The position numbers and the translations under genes were made by a program. The notes below the pieces were generated by a model that saw nothing but the letters and a program-made list of their open reading frames with translations, did not search any database and was not told the DNA's origin. Shown here piece by piece: positions 40,810-50,393 of a DNA stretch of 64,000 nucleotides. This DNA is from Acidobacteriota bacterium (GTDB taxonomy: Bacteria; Acidobacteriota; UBA890; WLXD01), in contig CAXWPL010000005.1 of NCBI GenBank assembly GCA_963666215.2, forward strand, positions 1,024,001-1,088,000, read 5' to 3'. How positions within the stretch are numbered: the stretch's first letter is position 1; every line of letters starts with the position of its first letter.

Positions 40810-43020
40810 CTACCCGCTCTGCAGCTCTCCGAGCAGCTGCAGCGCACCGAGCAGATCTGGCTTGACGTCGAGCACCGCTCGCATCGGGTCTTCCTTCATG
40901 CGCTGAAGCCGCCTGGGGACCGTCTTGATGGTGAATTTGTCGCGATCGAGCTTGGCGTTGACCTCGCGCCAACGCAGTGGCGTCGAGACCGGTGCGCCCG
41001 GGAAGGGCCGCACGCAGAGCGGCGACACGAGCAAACGTCCGGCGCCGTTCTGCACTGCATCGATGTAGACCTTGTTGTCGCGGCCTGTCAGCGAGCGGTT
41101 GATCGTTGAGATCTCTGGGCGGCGCCTCGTGACGATGAGAGCGAGCAGGTCGGCAAGCATCCGCGCGTGCTCGTAGCTCGCCTGTCCTCCGAGCGGCACG
41201 AGCACATGCATCCCTGTCTTGCCGCTCGTTTTGACGAACGAGTCGAGGCCAATCTGCCGGCACAGCTCGTGGATGGCTCGCGCCACCTTCACGACATCGG
41301 TGAACGGTGCCTCTTTCGGGTCGAGATCGAGAATGCTCCAGTCGGCGCGGTCGATCGTGGCAACCCGACTCGACCAGACGTGCAGCGGGATCGTCCCCGA
41401 ATTGGCCATGTAGACCAGCGCCTCCTCGTCCTCGACGACGAAGTACTCGATGTCGCGCTCGCCGCTCCTGGAGTGAATCGTCACCGTACGTACCCATTCC
41501 GGTGTGAAGTGCGGCGCGTGTTTCTGGAAGAACGAGTTGCCGTGGATGCCGTCCGGGTAGCGGTCGAGCACCAGGGGTCGGTCCTCGAGGTACGGCAGGA
41601 TCCAGCGCGCGGCAGCACGGTAGTAGGCAATCAGGTCGCCCTTGGTGTAGCCATGCTCTGGCCAGAAGATCTTCTCGGGCCGGGTAATCAGCGTCTCCGG
41701 GCGCGCCGCTGGCGCCGAGGACGACCTCGCCGCGACGCCGACCGCGGCGGGATCGCGGGACTCCGCCGCAACGCGGTCCCTGCTCCGATCTTCCGACGTG
41801 ATCGAGGTCCCGACCGCCCTCTCGGAGAACCTCGCAGACTGCCGCAGCGCACCTTGGCTCGAAGTGCACTCCGCCGCCGACTTGTCGGGACGCATTCGCG
41901 AAAAAACCGGGTGACGCACAAAGCCCTCGGCGGTGACCTCTTTGAGGCGCACCTCGCAGACGAGATCTGGCTCGGTCCATACCGACTCGCCCGTCTTCGG
42001 CACGTTCGCGTAGTGCTTCGAACGCCGCGCCGGAAGCTCGAGCGGCGGCACTCGTTGCCGATCGTCCGGCAGGCGTAGTGCATCGAGCTGGTTCTTGATC
42101 TCCACCAGCTCGCTCTCCTTGAAACCCGTACCCACGCGCCCGCAGTACACCAGCTCGCCCTCGTGCCACACGGCCAGAAGCAGCGCGCCGATATCGGCGC
42201 GCGAACCCTTCCCCAGGGCGTAGCCAACGATGACAAAATCGGCCGAACGGTCGACTCGCAGCTTGAGCCAATGATCCGAGCGGCCGGCTTTGTACTTTGA
42301 ATCGCCGCGCTTGGCGACCAGGCCTTCGAGGCCGAGGCGCTCGGCCTGCTGGTACATCTCCACGCCGCGCTCCTCGATGTGATCGGCGTAGCGCACCGGG
42401 CCAAGCGCCGGCAACAATCGACGCAGCCAGCGCTTACGCTCGGTCAGCGGCAGCGGCCGCAGGTCGAGGCCACCGAACTCGAGCACATCGAAAACGAAGT
42501 ATGTGGCCGGGTGCGTCGCCGCCGCCGCGGCAATATCGGGGCCGCGCGACAGCCGCGCGCGGCTCGCAAGCCTGCCGAAATCCGGGCGCCCATTTTCGCC
42601 GATGACGGTGATCTCGCCATCGAGGACCAGCGACTCGTAGGGCAGCGCGCGCAGCGCCGGAGCGATGTTCGGGTACACCTCGGTTGCGTCGCCACCGTTA
42701 CGATAACGCAGGTAGATGGCGCGCCGGTGACAGCCGGCAACCATTCGATAGCCGTCGTACTTGAGCTCGAACAGCCAACCTTTGCGTGAGAAGGCCTGGT
42801 CGGCCGGCTTTGTGAGCATCAACTCCAGGCTCGACGCGTTCACTCGACGTTGCCGCGCGCCGGCAGCGCGCATCTCGTCGATCAGTTCCTGCTCGGGGGT
42901 TTCTCCCGCGCCGAGCTCCTCGACGGCGAACCCAGAAAAGACCGAGCGCTCCGACACCGCCGCCAAAATTGGAGTACTGCAGCGGGTAGTAGGGGTTGTC
43001 GACCCACTCCCAAGCATCAC
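40810..43020 (-). CDS. ligD: NHEJ DNA ligase D (ligase + polymerase domains), 5'-truncated
   Basis: Ligase motifs ELKYDGYR, LDGEI, FDVL, EGLVAK and WLKL; polymerase motifs RYPDG..FFQK, DLDP, KTSGKTGMH and VSTPL. The phosphoesterase domain is missing and LigD similarity starts near 42960. Confidence 0.85.
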   Translation of the reverse strand: MMLGSGSTTPTTRCSTPILAAVSERSVFSGFAVEELGAGETPEQELIDEMRAAGARQRRVNASSLELMLTKPADQAFSRKGWLFELKYDGYRMVAGCHRRAIYLRYRNGGDATEVYPNIAPALRALPYESLVLDGEITVIGENGRPDFGRLASRARLSRGPDIAAAAATHPATYFVFDVLEFGGLDLRPLPLTERKRWLRRLLPALGPVRYADHIEERGVEMYQQAERLGLEGLVAKRGDSKYKAGRSDHWLKLRVDRSADFVIVGYALGKGSRADIGALLLAVWHEGELVYCGRVGTGFKESELVEIKNQLDALRLPDDRQRVPPLELPARRSKHYANVPKTGESVWTEPDLVCEVRLKEVTAEGFVRHPVFSRMRPDKSAAECTSSQGALRQSARFSERAVGTSITSEDRSRDRVAAESRDPAAVGVAARSSSAPAARPETLITRPEKIFWPEHGYTKGDLIAYYRAAARWILPYLEDRPLVLDRYPDGIHGNSFFQKHAPHFTPEWVRTVTIHSRSGERDIEYFVVEDEEALVYMANSGTIPLHVWSSRVATIDRADWSILDLDPKEAPFTDVVKVARAIHELCRQIGLDSFVKTSGKTGMHVLVPLGGQASYEHARMLADLLALIVTRRRPEISTINRSLTGRDNKVYIDAVQNGAGRLLVSPLCVRPFPGAPVSTPLRWREVNAKLDRDKFTIKTVPRRLQRMKEDPMRAVLDVKPDLLGALQLLGELQSG

Positions 43021-43837
43021 CCAGATCGGTGTTCCAGTTGATCAGCACCATCAAACGATCATCGGCATCGAAGATCGCCCGCACCCGCGGAATGAAGCCG
43101 TCCTGCTCGTAGGTCGGCCCGCCGTTGACGATCCGTATACTCGGCACTTGCTCGATTTTCTCGATGTCGTAGAAGCTGTGGAACAGCGGGTGTTCGAGCG
43201 GCAGATCGACGATCATAGCGCCGGGCAGCACACGGCTGATCTCGCGATCGAACGCCATCCACTCCCAGCTCCCCCAAAAGTCGTCGATAAAGAGAAAGCC
43301 TCCAACCTGCAGGTAGCGCCGCAGCGACTCGACCTCCGGCTCGGTCAGCGTCATGTTGCCGACCTCGAGCATGTACAAGAAGGGATAGCGCGACAGGTTC
43401 TGGTCGGTCAGGTAGATCGGGTTCTCCGACTCGTACGCGTCGAGGATGGTCATTCGGCGCAGGCCGAATACGAACTGACGATCGGCCTTTGGATAATCGA
43501 CTCGCCAGCTGCCGCCAGGGTAGGAATCGCGGGAGCCATCTCGGTAGCCGAAGCCGTACGAACCCCAGCGCGAGTCGCTGGTATAGATCCCACGGGTGAA
43601 GTAGAACTCGCGCGGACCGTCGAGGTACAGCGGGCGCGGGAAGGACCCAGGAGGAGCCGCGTCGAGCGCCGCCGCGCTGGCCGTCTGGGACACGCCGCCG
43701 CTTCGGGACAGCACAGCCTCCGGGGTCGAGCTTGCACTCCCCCCCGGAGTCGCCATCGGTTGCACGTACTCGGCGCGTACCAGTCCGATGGCTGCCATTC
43801 CGCCCAAAAGGAGGAACGGTACCGACCGCCCGGTCAA
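42698..43837 (-). pseudogene. DUF4159-family protein, 3'-truncated near 42965 and reading on into ligD sequence
   Basis: Motifs W.VDYPKAD, YPFLYMLEVG, GGFLFIDDFWG, HPLFHSFY and NTDLGDAWE; the sequence after YSNF looks non-homologous. Confidence 0.75.
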
Positions 43838-44012
43838 TTAGTATGGGTTCCGGGTGCTCACGCCTCTACTTTTCTGCGGGGATCAAGCCTCGCGCAGCCC
43901 GATCGTCGTTAGCGAGAGGGCGCGAAGCATAACGATATCAGCGAACGTCTACCGGAGGCAGGACGGCGCTGCCGGTTCCATCGCGAGCTTCACGCCGGGC
44001 GAGCAGTTTTTT

Positions 44013-44041
44013 TTGACGCTCCGCCGGGCGCCAACTATCCT
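44013..44041 (+). promoter_or_regulatory. Sigma70-type promoter of the desaturase gene
   Basis: TTGACG-17 bp-TATCCT, preceded by a T tract. Confidence 0.6.
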
Positions 44042-44162
44042 TGCGCCAGCGTGGATCGCCACCCGAGGCGATGTGAGAAGGTGAGCAGGACCTGCTCGAT
44101 CCATCGTCCCGGTCGCCGATGACCAGGCTATCCCCATTCGCCTCCAAAGAACCGAGAACGAG

Positions 44163-45047
44163 ATGCCAGGACCCCACACGCCAGCGCCGAGCGACGTGAG
44201 CGCGGACGGAACCGTCGCGGTGATCAAGCCTGGATTCCACTGGCGCAATCTCCGCCCGACTCACTTCGCCGCGATCGGTGGCCTGCACGTCGCCTGTCTC
44301 GCCGCACCCTTCACTTTTACGTGGGGCGCGCTCGGCGTTGCCGTTCTGTTCTGGTGGCTCGCCGGAGGCATTGGCATCTGTCTATGCTTCCACCGGCTAC
44401 TGACACACCGCAGCTTCAAGACCCCCAAGGCTTTCGAGTACTTCCTCGTTGCCCTCGGCTGCCTGAACTGGCAGGGCGGCCCGATCACCTGGGTCGGCAC
44501 ACACCGTCTGCACCATAAGGAATCGGACACCGCCCTCGACCCACACTCACCGAATCACGGCTTTGACTGGTCGCACATGCTCTGGTGCCTGGTCGAGGAC
44601 CCGCTCGGTCGCGACATGAAGCGCTACGCTCCCGACCTGCAGCGCGATCCCGGCATCGTGCTGCTCGAGCGCTTCTTTTGGGTCCCCCAGGTTGTTCTGG
44701 CGTTCGCGCTGTACGCCATCGGCGGCTGGCCCTGGGTCGTCTGGGGCATCGCGGTACGCACCGTGTTCACCTACCACGCGACCTGGTTCGTCAACTCGGC
44801 GAGCCACATCTGGGGCTATCGCACCTACGACACCCGCGAGCTCTCCAAGAACAACTGGTGGGTAGCCATCCTGTCGTTCGGCGAAGGCTGGCACAACAAC
44901 CACCACGCCTTCCCGCGCTCCGCGGCCCACGGCCTGAAGTGGCTCGAGATCGACCTCACCTACATCGCCATCAAGATGCTCTCGTGGGTGGGGCTCGCAC
45001 GCGACATCATCGTGCCGGATCTGCAGAAGGATCACGTCGAGGCGTAG
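44163..45047 (+). CDS. Delta-9-type fatty acid desaturase
   Basis: Histidine boxes HRLLTH, HRLHH and HNNHH, plus DPHSP and FGEGW. Confidence 0.93.
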   Translation: MPGPHTPAPSDVSADGTVAVIKPGFHWRNLRPTHFAAIGGLHVACLAAPFTFTWGALGVAVLFWWLAGGIGICLCFHRLLTHRSFKTPKAFEYFLVALGCLNWQGGPITWVGTHRLHHKESDTALDPHSPNHGFDWSHMLWCLVEDPLGRDMKRYAPDLQRDPGIVLLERFFWVPQVVLAFALYAIGGWPWVVWGIAVRTVFTYHATWFVNSASHIWGYRTYDTRELSKNNWWVAILSFGEGWHNNHHAFPRSAAHGLKWLEIDLTYIAIKMLSWVGLARDIIVPDLQKDHVEA

Positions 45048-45100
45048 CGAGATCAGCTGATCCCTTCGCCCCGACTTCGCCTCGAGCCTCGGACGTCTCC

Positions 45101-46228
45101 TTGCCCACGCGTCGACACCTTCTTCGAGCCGGCGCGACAGTTGCCACCGCTTCGGCACTGGACTGGGATGGGCTGGCGCTAGCGGCGCAAAATGCTACTC
45201 GGCGACGACGCTTTCCGCCTCTGCCGCGCGTCAACGGAGCGATCAACATCCAACCGTTACGCCGGCTCGACGGCGTGTCCGATTTCACACCGCCAATCAT
45301 CGTGCCGGAGCTCGTCGACCTGCAGATGCAGCAGATCTACGAGCTCGGGTTCGAACGCGTGCGAATTACGTTGTCGTTCGGCAACTTCGGGCCGGATCTG
45401 CTTGCGGCAGTGCCGTACGTACGAGCCTGTCGGGCGTTGGGAATCGATGTGCTCGGCTTGCTCAGCGACTTCGGGTTCAGCCTGGCGTTAGCCCAGGCGC
45501 TGAACGACCCTCTGAGACGCGACACGGTTATCGACGCCTACGTCGCGGTGTTCACGGCCCCAGTGGAACCGGCAACACCTCAGGTGGAACGGGCCGGTGA
45601 GACCGCGCTGCAGGTGTTCAACGAGCCCACCAACTTCCTCGGCATCGCGCCGGAGCAGTATGTGCGGTTTCTGCTCGCACCGACCTTCGCGGCACTGAAG
45701 GAACGGGCGCCCGGGATCGTCGTGGTCTCGGCTGCGACGGTGGGACGTCTGGACGGTGTGCTACGCGCGCGGCGTATGTTCGAGGCCGGTCTGGAGGACT
45801 TCTGCGACGTCGTGGCCCATCACGTGTACGACCTGCGTCAGCTCGAGCAGCTCGGTGGCATGGCGCGCAAGCCGATCTGGGTCACGGAGTCCGGTGTCCG
45901 CGGCCCGGGGGCTCACCTCGCGTGGGTAACCGAACGGTTTCCCGAGATCAGCGAACGTCTCGGAGACGTGCAACACATCTACTACTTCGACCTGTTCGAC
46001 CCGGAGCCCGGCGCCTTCCGGTTGATCGATGTGTACGAAAACGAGCCCGGAAGCTTCGCGACACGGGTTGAATCGACCAGTTTGGTCAACCACTTCAGCA
46101 GGCGCGTCGCCGCGGCTGCCGGAGGGGCGCGCCATGCCACATATCGCGAGCTCATTCCCGACATTCGCGAGTACTTCCCAACTGCAGAGGACCTGGCGAT
46201 TTTCGGCGTCGACGGCATCGAGCTATGA
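45101..46228 (+). CDS. Tat-exported clan GH-A-like glycoside hydrolase
   Basis: Tat motif TRRHLL, acid/base motif FNEP, AHHVY and nucleophile motif PIWVTESG. Start at TTG45101 is inferred. Confidence 0.7.
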   Translation: MPTRRHLLRAGATVATASALDWDGLALAAQNATRRRRFPPLPRVNGAINIQPLRRLDGVSDFTPPIIVPELVDLQMQQIYELGFERVRITLSFGNFGPDLLAAVPYVRACRALGIDVLGLLSDFGFSLALAQALNDPLRRDTVIDAYVAVFTAPVEPATPQVERAGETALQVFNEPTNFLGIAPEQYVRFLLAPTFAALKERAPGIVVVSAATVGRLDGVLRARRMFEAGLEDFCDVVAHHVYDLRQLEQLGGMARKPIWVTESGVRGPGAHLAWVTERFPEISERLGDVQHIYYFDLFDPEPGAFRLIDVYENEPGSFATRVESTSLVNHFSRRVAAAAGGARHATYRELIPDIREYFPTAEDLAIFGVDGIEL

Positions 46229-47778
46229 GGCGGCTTCGCGGCGCCGGCGGCGGCTCCACGGCGGTGGCACGCGCGGGCTTGGGGCTCGCGCTGGTTGCCT
46301 GGGGGCTGGCACCGACGCCGGCCCGAGCTCAGGCAAAGCCATCGAAGGTCGCCAACCAGCCCGAGGCCATCGAAGAGGTCGATGGTACGGCCAACAGCTC
46401 GGCGCCGCAGGAAACGGACGCCGAGACGAGTCCCGAGTCGCCGGCATATCCGTTCGGGCCACTTCGTCTGCCCTGTTCGCTCGCGCCTTGCGGCAAGTTT
46501 CGGTTGGTCGATCTCGCTCTGTTGCCAACGATCGAGGATGGCTTCGAGCCGAGCACATCGGCCCGTGTGCGTATCGGCAACACGGCGATCGTTGGCGCGC
46601 GCGCCGGCCAGGCTGGCAATGGATTCGAGCTGCGGACGTCTCGCCTCGACTTCTCCTACCTGGAGCGCGACGGTCGCCATCGGCTCGATACCGTCTATCG
46701 AGGATCGCGCGTGAGGCTGGATACGAGCGCCGTTCGGCGACCGACGGCCCTCGAAGGTGGCTGGGTTCTTGATGGCGCCGCGGCGCTTCGGCTTGGGCCC
46801 GACTTCGAGGTCATCGTCGGTGGCCTCTACGACCTCGACGGCGACAGCTCACCGCTGCTCGCAACGCGACCGACGCGCGTGCGACGGGTGCGAGTTCTCT
46901 GGCAGCGCCGCAACAACCTGCAGCTGTCGGCCGCGGCAGTGGCATCGCAGTTCCTCACCACCGGCGGAGAGCAACTCGACAGCAGCGCCTACAGCGGCGC
47001 GGTGACCTTCCAAGCACGAAGGCTTCAGCTGCGAGCCGAAGTCGGACACGAGCACATCAACGGACGCTTCGGTCGCCGAGAGTGGCTCGCGGTGCTGGGC
47101 GGCAATTTTCTGGTTGGCTCTCGCCTCCTATTGGAAGGAGAAACCCTCAACCGCTGGGAGATCGGCCTCAAGAAGACCGAGCGCGACTACCGCGTCAGCG
47201 CCACGCTGTTCGGGCGCGACTATCGCTTTGCGCGCACGAGCCCGACCGCGCGGCGAACGCGCAGCATCACCGACCGTGCCTGGGAGCTCGGCTACAACGA
47301 GCGTAGACCGTTCACGCTCGACGGGCGGCGAGCACTGCGCGAACGGCTGTCTCTGTCGGCTCATCGCGACGAGCTCGGAGCGGACGTCGAGTCCATGTAC
47401 AGGTCCACGATCGCGGAGCGCAACGTGCCCCTGGTTCGAGCAGAGTTCGCTCGAGAAACAGAGCCCATCGACGGCTCCATTGTGCGAACGTATGGCGCCA
47501 CGATCGGAATCCCCTGGCGTGGAGGATTCGCGACCCCTTGGAGCCACGACGAGCGTTTCGTCGACTTCGTGCGGCTGTCGTTCGAGCGCGTCGAAGCCGA
47601 CTTCACGCCGAACTTGAAGCGCTCGGCGCGCAGCCTCGGCGTAACGCTCGATCTCGATCGCGAAACACAGATCGTGGCGCGCTGGACCGAGCCGCTCCTC
47701 GATCCTTTGATCGTTGTGCTCAGCACGCGGACCCATCAGCGATTCGAGCTCGGACTGCGCTACAGCTTCTGGCGCTAG
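46225..47778 (+). CDS. Hypothetical exported protein, probably an outer-membrane beta-barrel
   Basis: Signal peptide ending ARA, alternating amphipathic strands and C-terminal FELGLRYSF; ATGA overlap with the upstream gene. Confidence 0.55.
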   Translation: MRRLRGAGGGSTAVARAGLGLALVAWGLAPTPARAQAKPSKVANQPEAIEEVDGTANSSAPQETDAETSPESPAYPFGPLRLPCSLAPCGKFRLVDLALLPTIEDGFEPSTSARVRIGNTAIVGARAGQAGNGFELRTSRLDFSYLERDGRHRLDTVYRGSRVRLDTSAVRRPTALEGGWVLDGAAALRLGPDFEVIVGGLYDLDGDSSPLLATRPTRVRRVRVLWQRRNNLQLSAAAVASQFLTTGGEQLDSSAYSGAVTFQARRLQLRAEVGHEHINGRFGRREWLAVLGGNFLVGSRLLLEGETLNRWEIGLKKTERDYRVSATLFGRDYRFARTSPTARRTRSITDRAWELGYNERRPFTLDGRRALRERLSLSAHRDELGADVESMYRSTIAERNVPLVRAEFARETEPIDGSIVRTYGATIGIPWRGGFATPWSHDERFVDFVRLSFERVEADFTPNLKRSARSLGVTLDLDRETQIVARWTEPLLDPLIVVLSTRTHQRFELGLRYSFWR

Positions 47779-47810
47779 CTCCGACCCTGTGCGCGAGCTC
47801 CCGCGGCCAC

Positions 47811-48536
47811 CTACCTGTCGCCAGAGGTGGCCGTGTTGCCGAGCAGCTGAGCCACGCCCGACGCGATGAATTCCGCTGAGTCGTCGTGGCGAAACGTGTA
47901 GCGCACAGTCCCGGCGCCGTCGATCAGATAGACGTACGTCGAATGCGCCAAGAGCGGGCGCTCGTCGGTCGATTCGGGGGTCGGCTGCACCATCGCGGCG
48001 TACTGACGCACAACCTCGTCGATCTGCTCTTGGCTACCGGTGAGGCCAATCGCGTCGAGCGCGAAGTAGCCCAGGTAGTCGGTGAGCCTCTCGGGCGTAT
48101 CGCGCTCCGGATCAATCGACACGAACAGCGTTGTGAAGGCGGGGGACGAGTATCCCTGCCCCGCGAGGCGCTCCTGCACGCGGGTCAACAACGAAAGCGT
48201 TACCGGGCAGAAGTCTGGACAGGAGGCATAGCCGAAGAACAGCAGGTGCGTACGATCGCGGCGACCCGAAAGCCGGAAGGAGGCTCCCGCCTGATCCATG
48301 AGCTCGAAGTCGCCGCCGAAGTCGAAAGTCTGCAATTCAGGCGGTGCCGCGGCGGGCCCCGGGCCTGGACTGCCGGAGCCGCGCGGTGTGGACGGCGAGG
48401 GCGGCGCCGCTGGCACGTCCCCGCCGCCGCAAGCGCTCGCCGCGACCGCGAAGACAAGCGCAACGCCAGCCATAGCGCGCGGAATTCCGCTTTCCATCGG
48501 CGTTCCCCTCCTGTTCGCGACACGCAGCCGCATCAT
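47811..48536 (-). CDS. SCO1/SenC copper chaperone lipoprotein
   Basis: Motifs FFGYASCPDFCP, SIDPERDT and AHSTYVYLID; lipobox ASAC. Confidence 0.93.
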   Translation of the reverse strand: MMRLRVANRRGTPMESGIPRAMAGVALVFAVAASACGGGDVPAAPPSPSTPRGSGSPGPGPAAAPPELQTFDFGGDFELMDQAGASFRLSGRRDRTHLLFFGYASCPDFCPVTLSLLTRVQERLAGQGYSSPAFTTLFVSIDPERDTPERLTDYLGYFALDAIGLTGSQEQIDEVVRQYAAMVQPTPESTDERPLLAHSTYVYLIDGAGTVRYTFRHDDSAEFIASGVAQLLGNTATSGDR

Positions 48537-49276
48537 TCACGCCTCTCCACGGGCGCCACAATCCGTTCGATCGATCCATCGTCGAACTGCAGCGTCAGGG
48601 CGACATTGTCACCCGCCACGAGCCGGTGTCGTACCCCGACGAGCATCAGGTGCAGCCCGCCGCTCTCGAAGCGCACCGTCTCGCCGCTCGCGATCGGCAG
48701 GCGACCTACCGGCTGCATGCGCACAACCGCCCCGGCCTCGACCGCGCGGTGTACCCGCACCGACTCGGCGGCGTCGCTGTGGGCACCGACAAGCCACACC
48801 GTCTCGCTCCCCCGATTGATCAACACGAGCCACAGCACCGCGCTGTCGACCGTTGGCGGCATCTCCGATACCCACGCGCCGACCGCATCGATTGCGGCGG
48901 CTGACCGCCACTGCTTGGAAACCACGTACGTGGCCAGGAGATGCAGCTCGGTCTCGGACAGATGCCCGTAAACGGGCATGCCGCCCTCGGGCGACTCGAT
49001 CCCAGAGCCGATCGTGGCAGCGATCTGCTCGACACTCGACCCGGCCTTGTAGGAATCCGGATCACGATAGTCGCGTGGCGGCGGGTCCAGCAGCGCCGCG
49101 TTGGGCCCATCGCCAGCGCCCTCGTTGCCGTGACACAGGGCGCAGCCGATGTCGGCATAGAGCTGCCGACCAGCCGCGACCGCGGCCGCGTTGTCCTCCG
49201 CGAGATCGGGCCTGCCGGGAGCCTGCGACCCACAGCCCATGAGGAGACCGAGAACGGAATACGCGGCCAGAAGCAT
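48533..49276 (-). CDS. Cytochrome c - PCuAC copper chaperone fusion lipoprotein
   Basis: Lipobox LMGC, heme motif CALCH, G.GDGP, axial GMP, then an exact H-X10-M-X21-H-X-M motif. Confidence 0.85.
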   Translation of the reverse strand: MLLAAYSVLGLLMGCGSQAPGRPDLAEDNAAAVAAGRQLYADIGCALCHGNEGAGDGPNAALLDPPPRDYRDPDSYKAGSSVEQIAATIGSGIESPEGGMPVYGHLSETELHLLATYVVSKQWRSAAAIDAVGAWVSEMPPTVDSAVLWLVLINRGSETVWLVGAHSDAAESVRVHRAVEAGAVVRMQPVGRLPIASGETVRFESGGLHLMLVGVRHRLVAGDNVALTLQFDDGSIERIVAPVERRE

Positions 49277-49498
49277 GGATCCTCGTGGCGATCTTCGCAC
49301 CGAAGGATGAGGCCCGACCAGATCCCCTGAAAAGTCATTCAAATACATTAATAGATACTGTTAGTCGTTTACGGACGCTCTTGATCGTCAAAATATAACA
49401 AAAATCCCTGAATCCCCTTTCATAACGCTGCCCCATCGCGGTACATGTGTGGTCAGCGGAATATGGGAGACCCCAGCTGACGCTAAGGACAAAGTCGG

Positions 49499-50269
49499 AT
49501 GCGGCATGGATCGGCTGCCTGGGGGCGATCACTGGCAGCGGGCTTCGTGGGTCTGAGCGGCCTGGCCACAGGCTCGCTCGAACTCGGAGAGCTTACAGGT
49601 GATGGCTTCCTCGTTGGCCTGGGGGTTCTGAGCGCCGGAGCGGTGCTGGCGATCGCGGCTGCGCTCTCGGGACGACAGAGCGGCACGGCCGCTCGAGTCG
49701 TCGGCTACCTCCTGGCTCTGCCTCTCGCCATCGGCTTCTGGTACCTCGGCGGGCTGGTGGCACAGCTGGCCGAGGCGCTCGCGATGCTCGCGCTGCTGAA
49801 CTACCTGAGATCGTGTGTGAACGACATCTGGGGGCCCGTGCAGCGCTGGATCACGGTCGCCCAAGTCGGCGCTCTGCTGTTGCTGGCAATGGCGGGTCTC
49901 GCTCTCACCGGCCCTGCGGGCACCTCACAAACAGTTGGGTTGTTCCTCGCCTGGCTGGTGTTGGCGGTGGGGTTGGGCCGTCTGGGTCATACCTCCCTGG
50001 ACGACCGTGCCCGCCACCGGGGGTTGCTGTTCTGGGCAACCGCAGCTGCGATAGCCGTATGCCACTTGCCGTTACTGATGCTCGCCGCACCCATTCCCGG
50101 AGTATCCCAAGCGATGGCTCCGTACGCGGCGCTCATCGATATCGGCGCCACCGGCGGCGCGATCGTGCTGGGCCTGTGCTGGCTGACCTTCGGGCTGATC
50201 GAGCCGCAGTTCCATCATTTGCGAAATCCGCAGCATCAACACCAGCGCGCTCGCCGCGCGCGGGCCTAG
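49499..50269 (+). CDS. Hypothetical polytopic membrane protein
   Basis: 256-aa ORF that is hydrophobic throughout; no recognised motif. Confidence 0.6.
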   Translation: MRHGSAAWGRSLAAGFVGLSGLATGSLELGELTGDGFLVGLGVLSAGAVLAIAAALSGRQSGTAARVVGYLLALPLAIGFWYLGGLVAQLAEALAMLALLNYLRSCVNDIWGPVQRWITVAQVGALLLLAMAGLALTGPAGTSQTVGLFLAWLVLAVGLGRLGHTSLDDRARHRGLLFWATAAAIAVCHLPLLMLAAPIPGVSQAMAPYAALIDIGATGGAIVLGLCWLTFGLIEPQFHHLRNPQHQHQRARRARA

Positions 50270-50393
50270 CTGACAGCTGGCGGCAACGCGCCTCGATCAG
50301 GTGCGACACGCGGGACGGCCAGGCAGCCGGCCTCGATGGGCGGTAGAATGACGTTTCGCCGCCTCATTCCTCCGCACCCGGCGTAGTCCATCG

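Noticed and set aside
49330-49430. AT-rich stretch as a replication origin or foreign insert
   Set aside because: No DnaA boxes were seen; it is best explained as the divergent promoter region.
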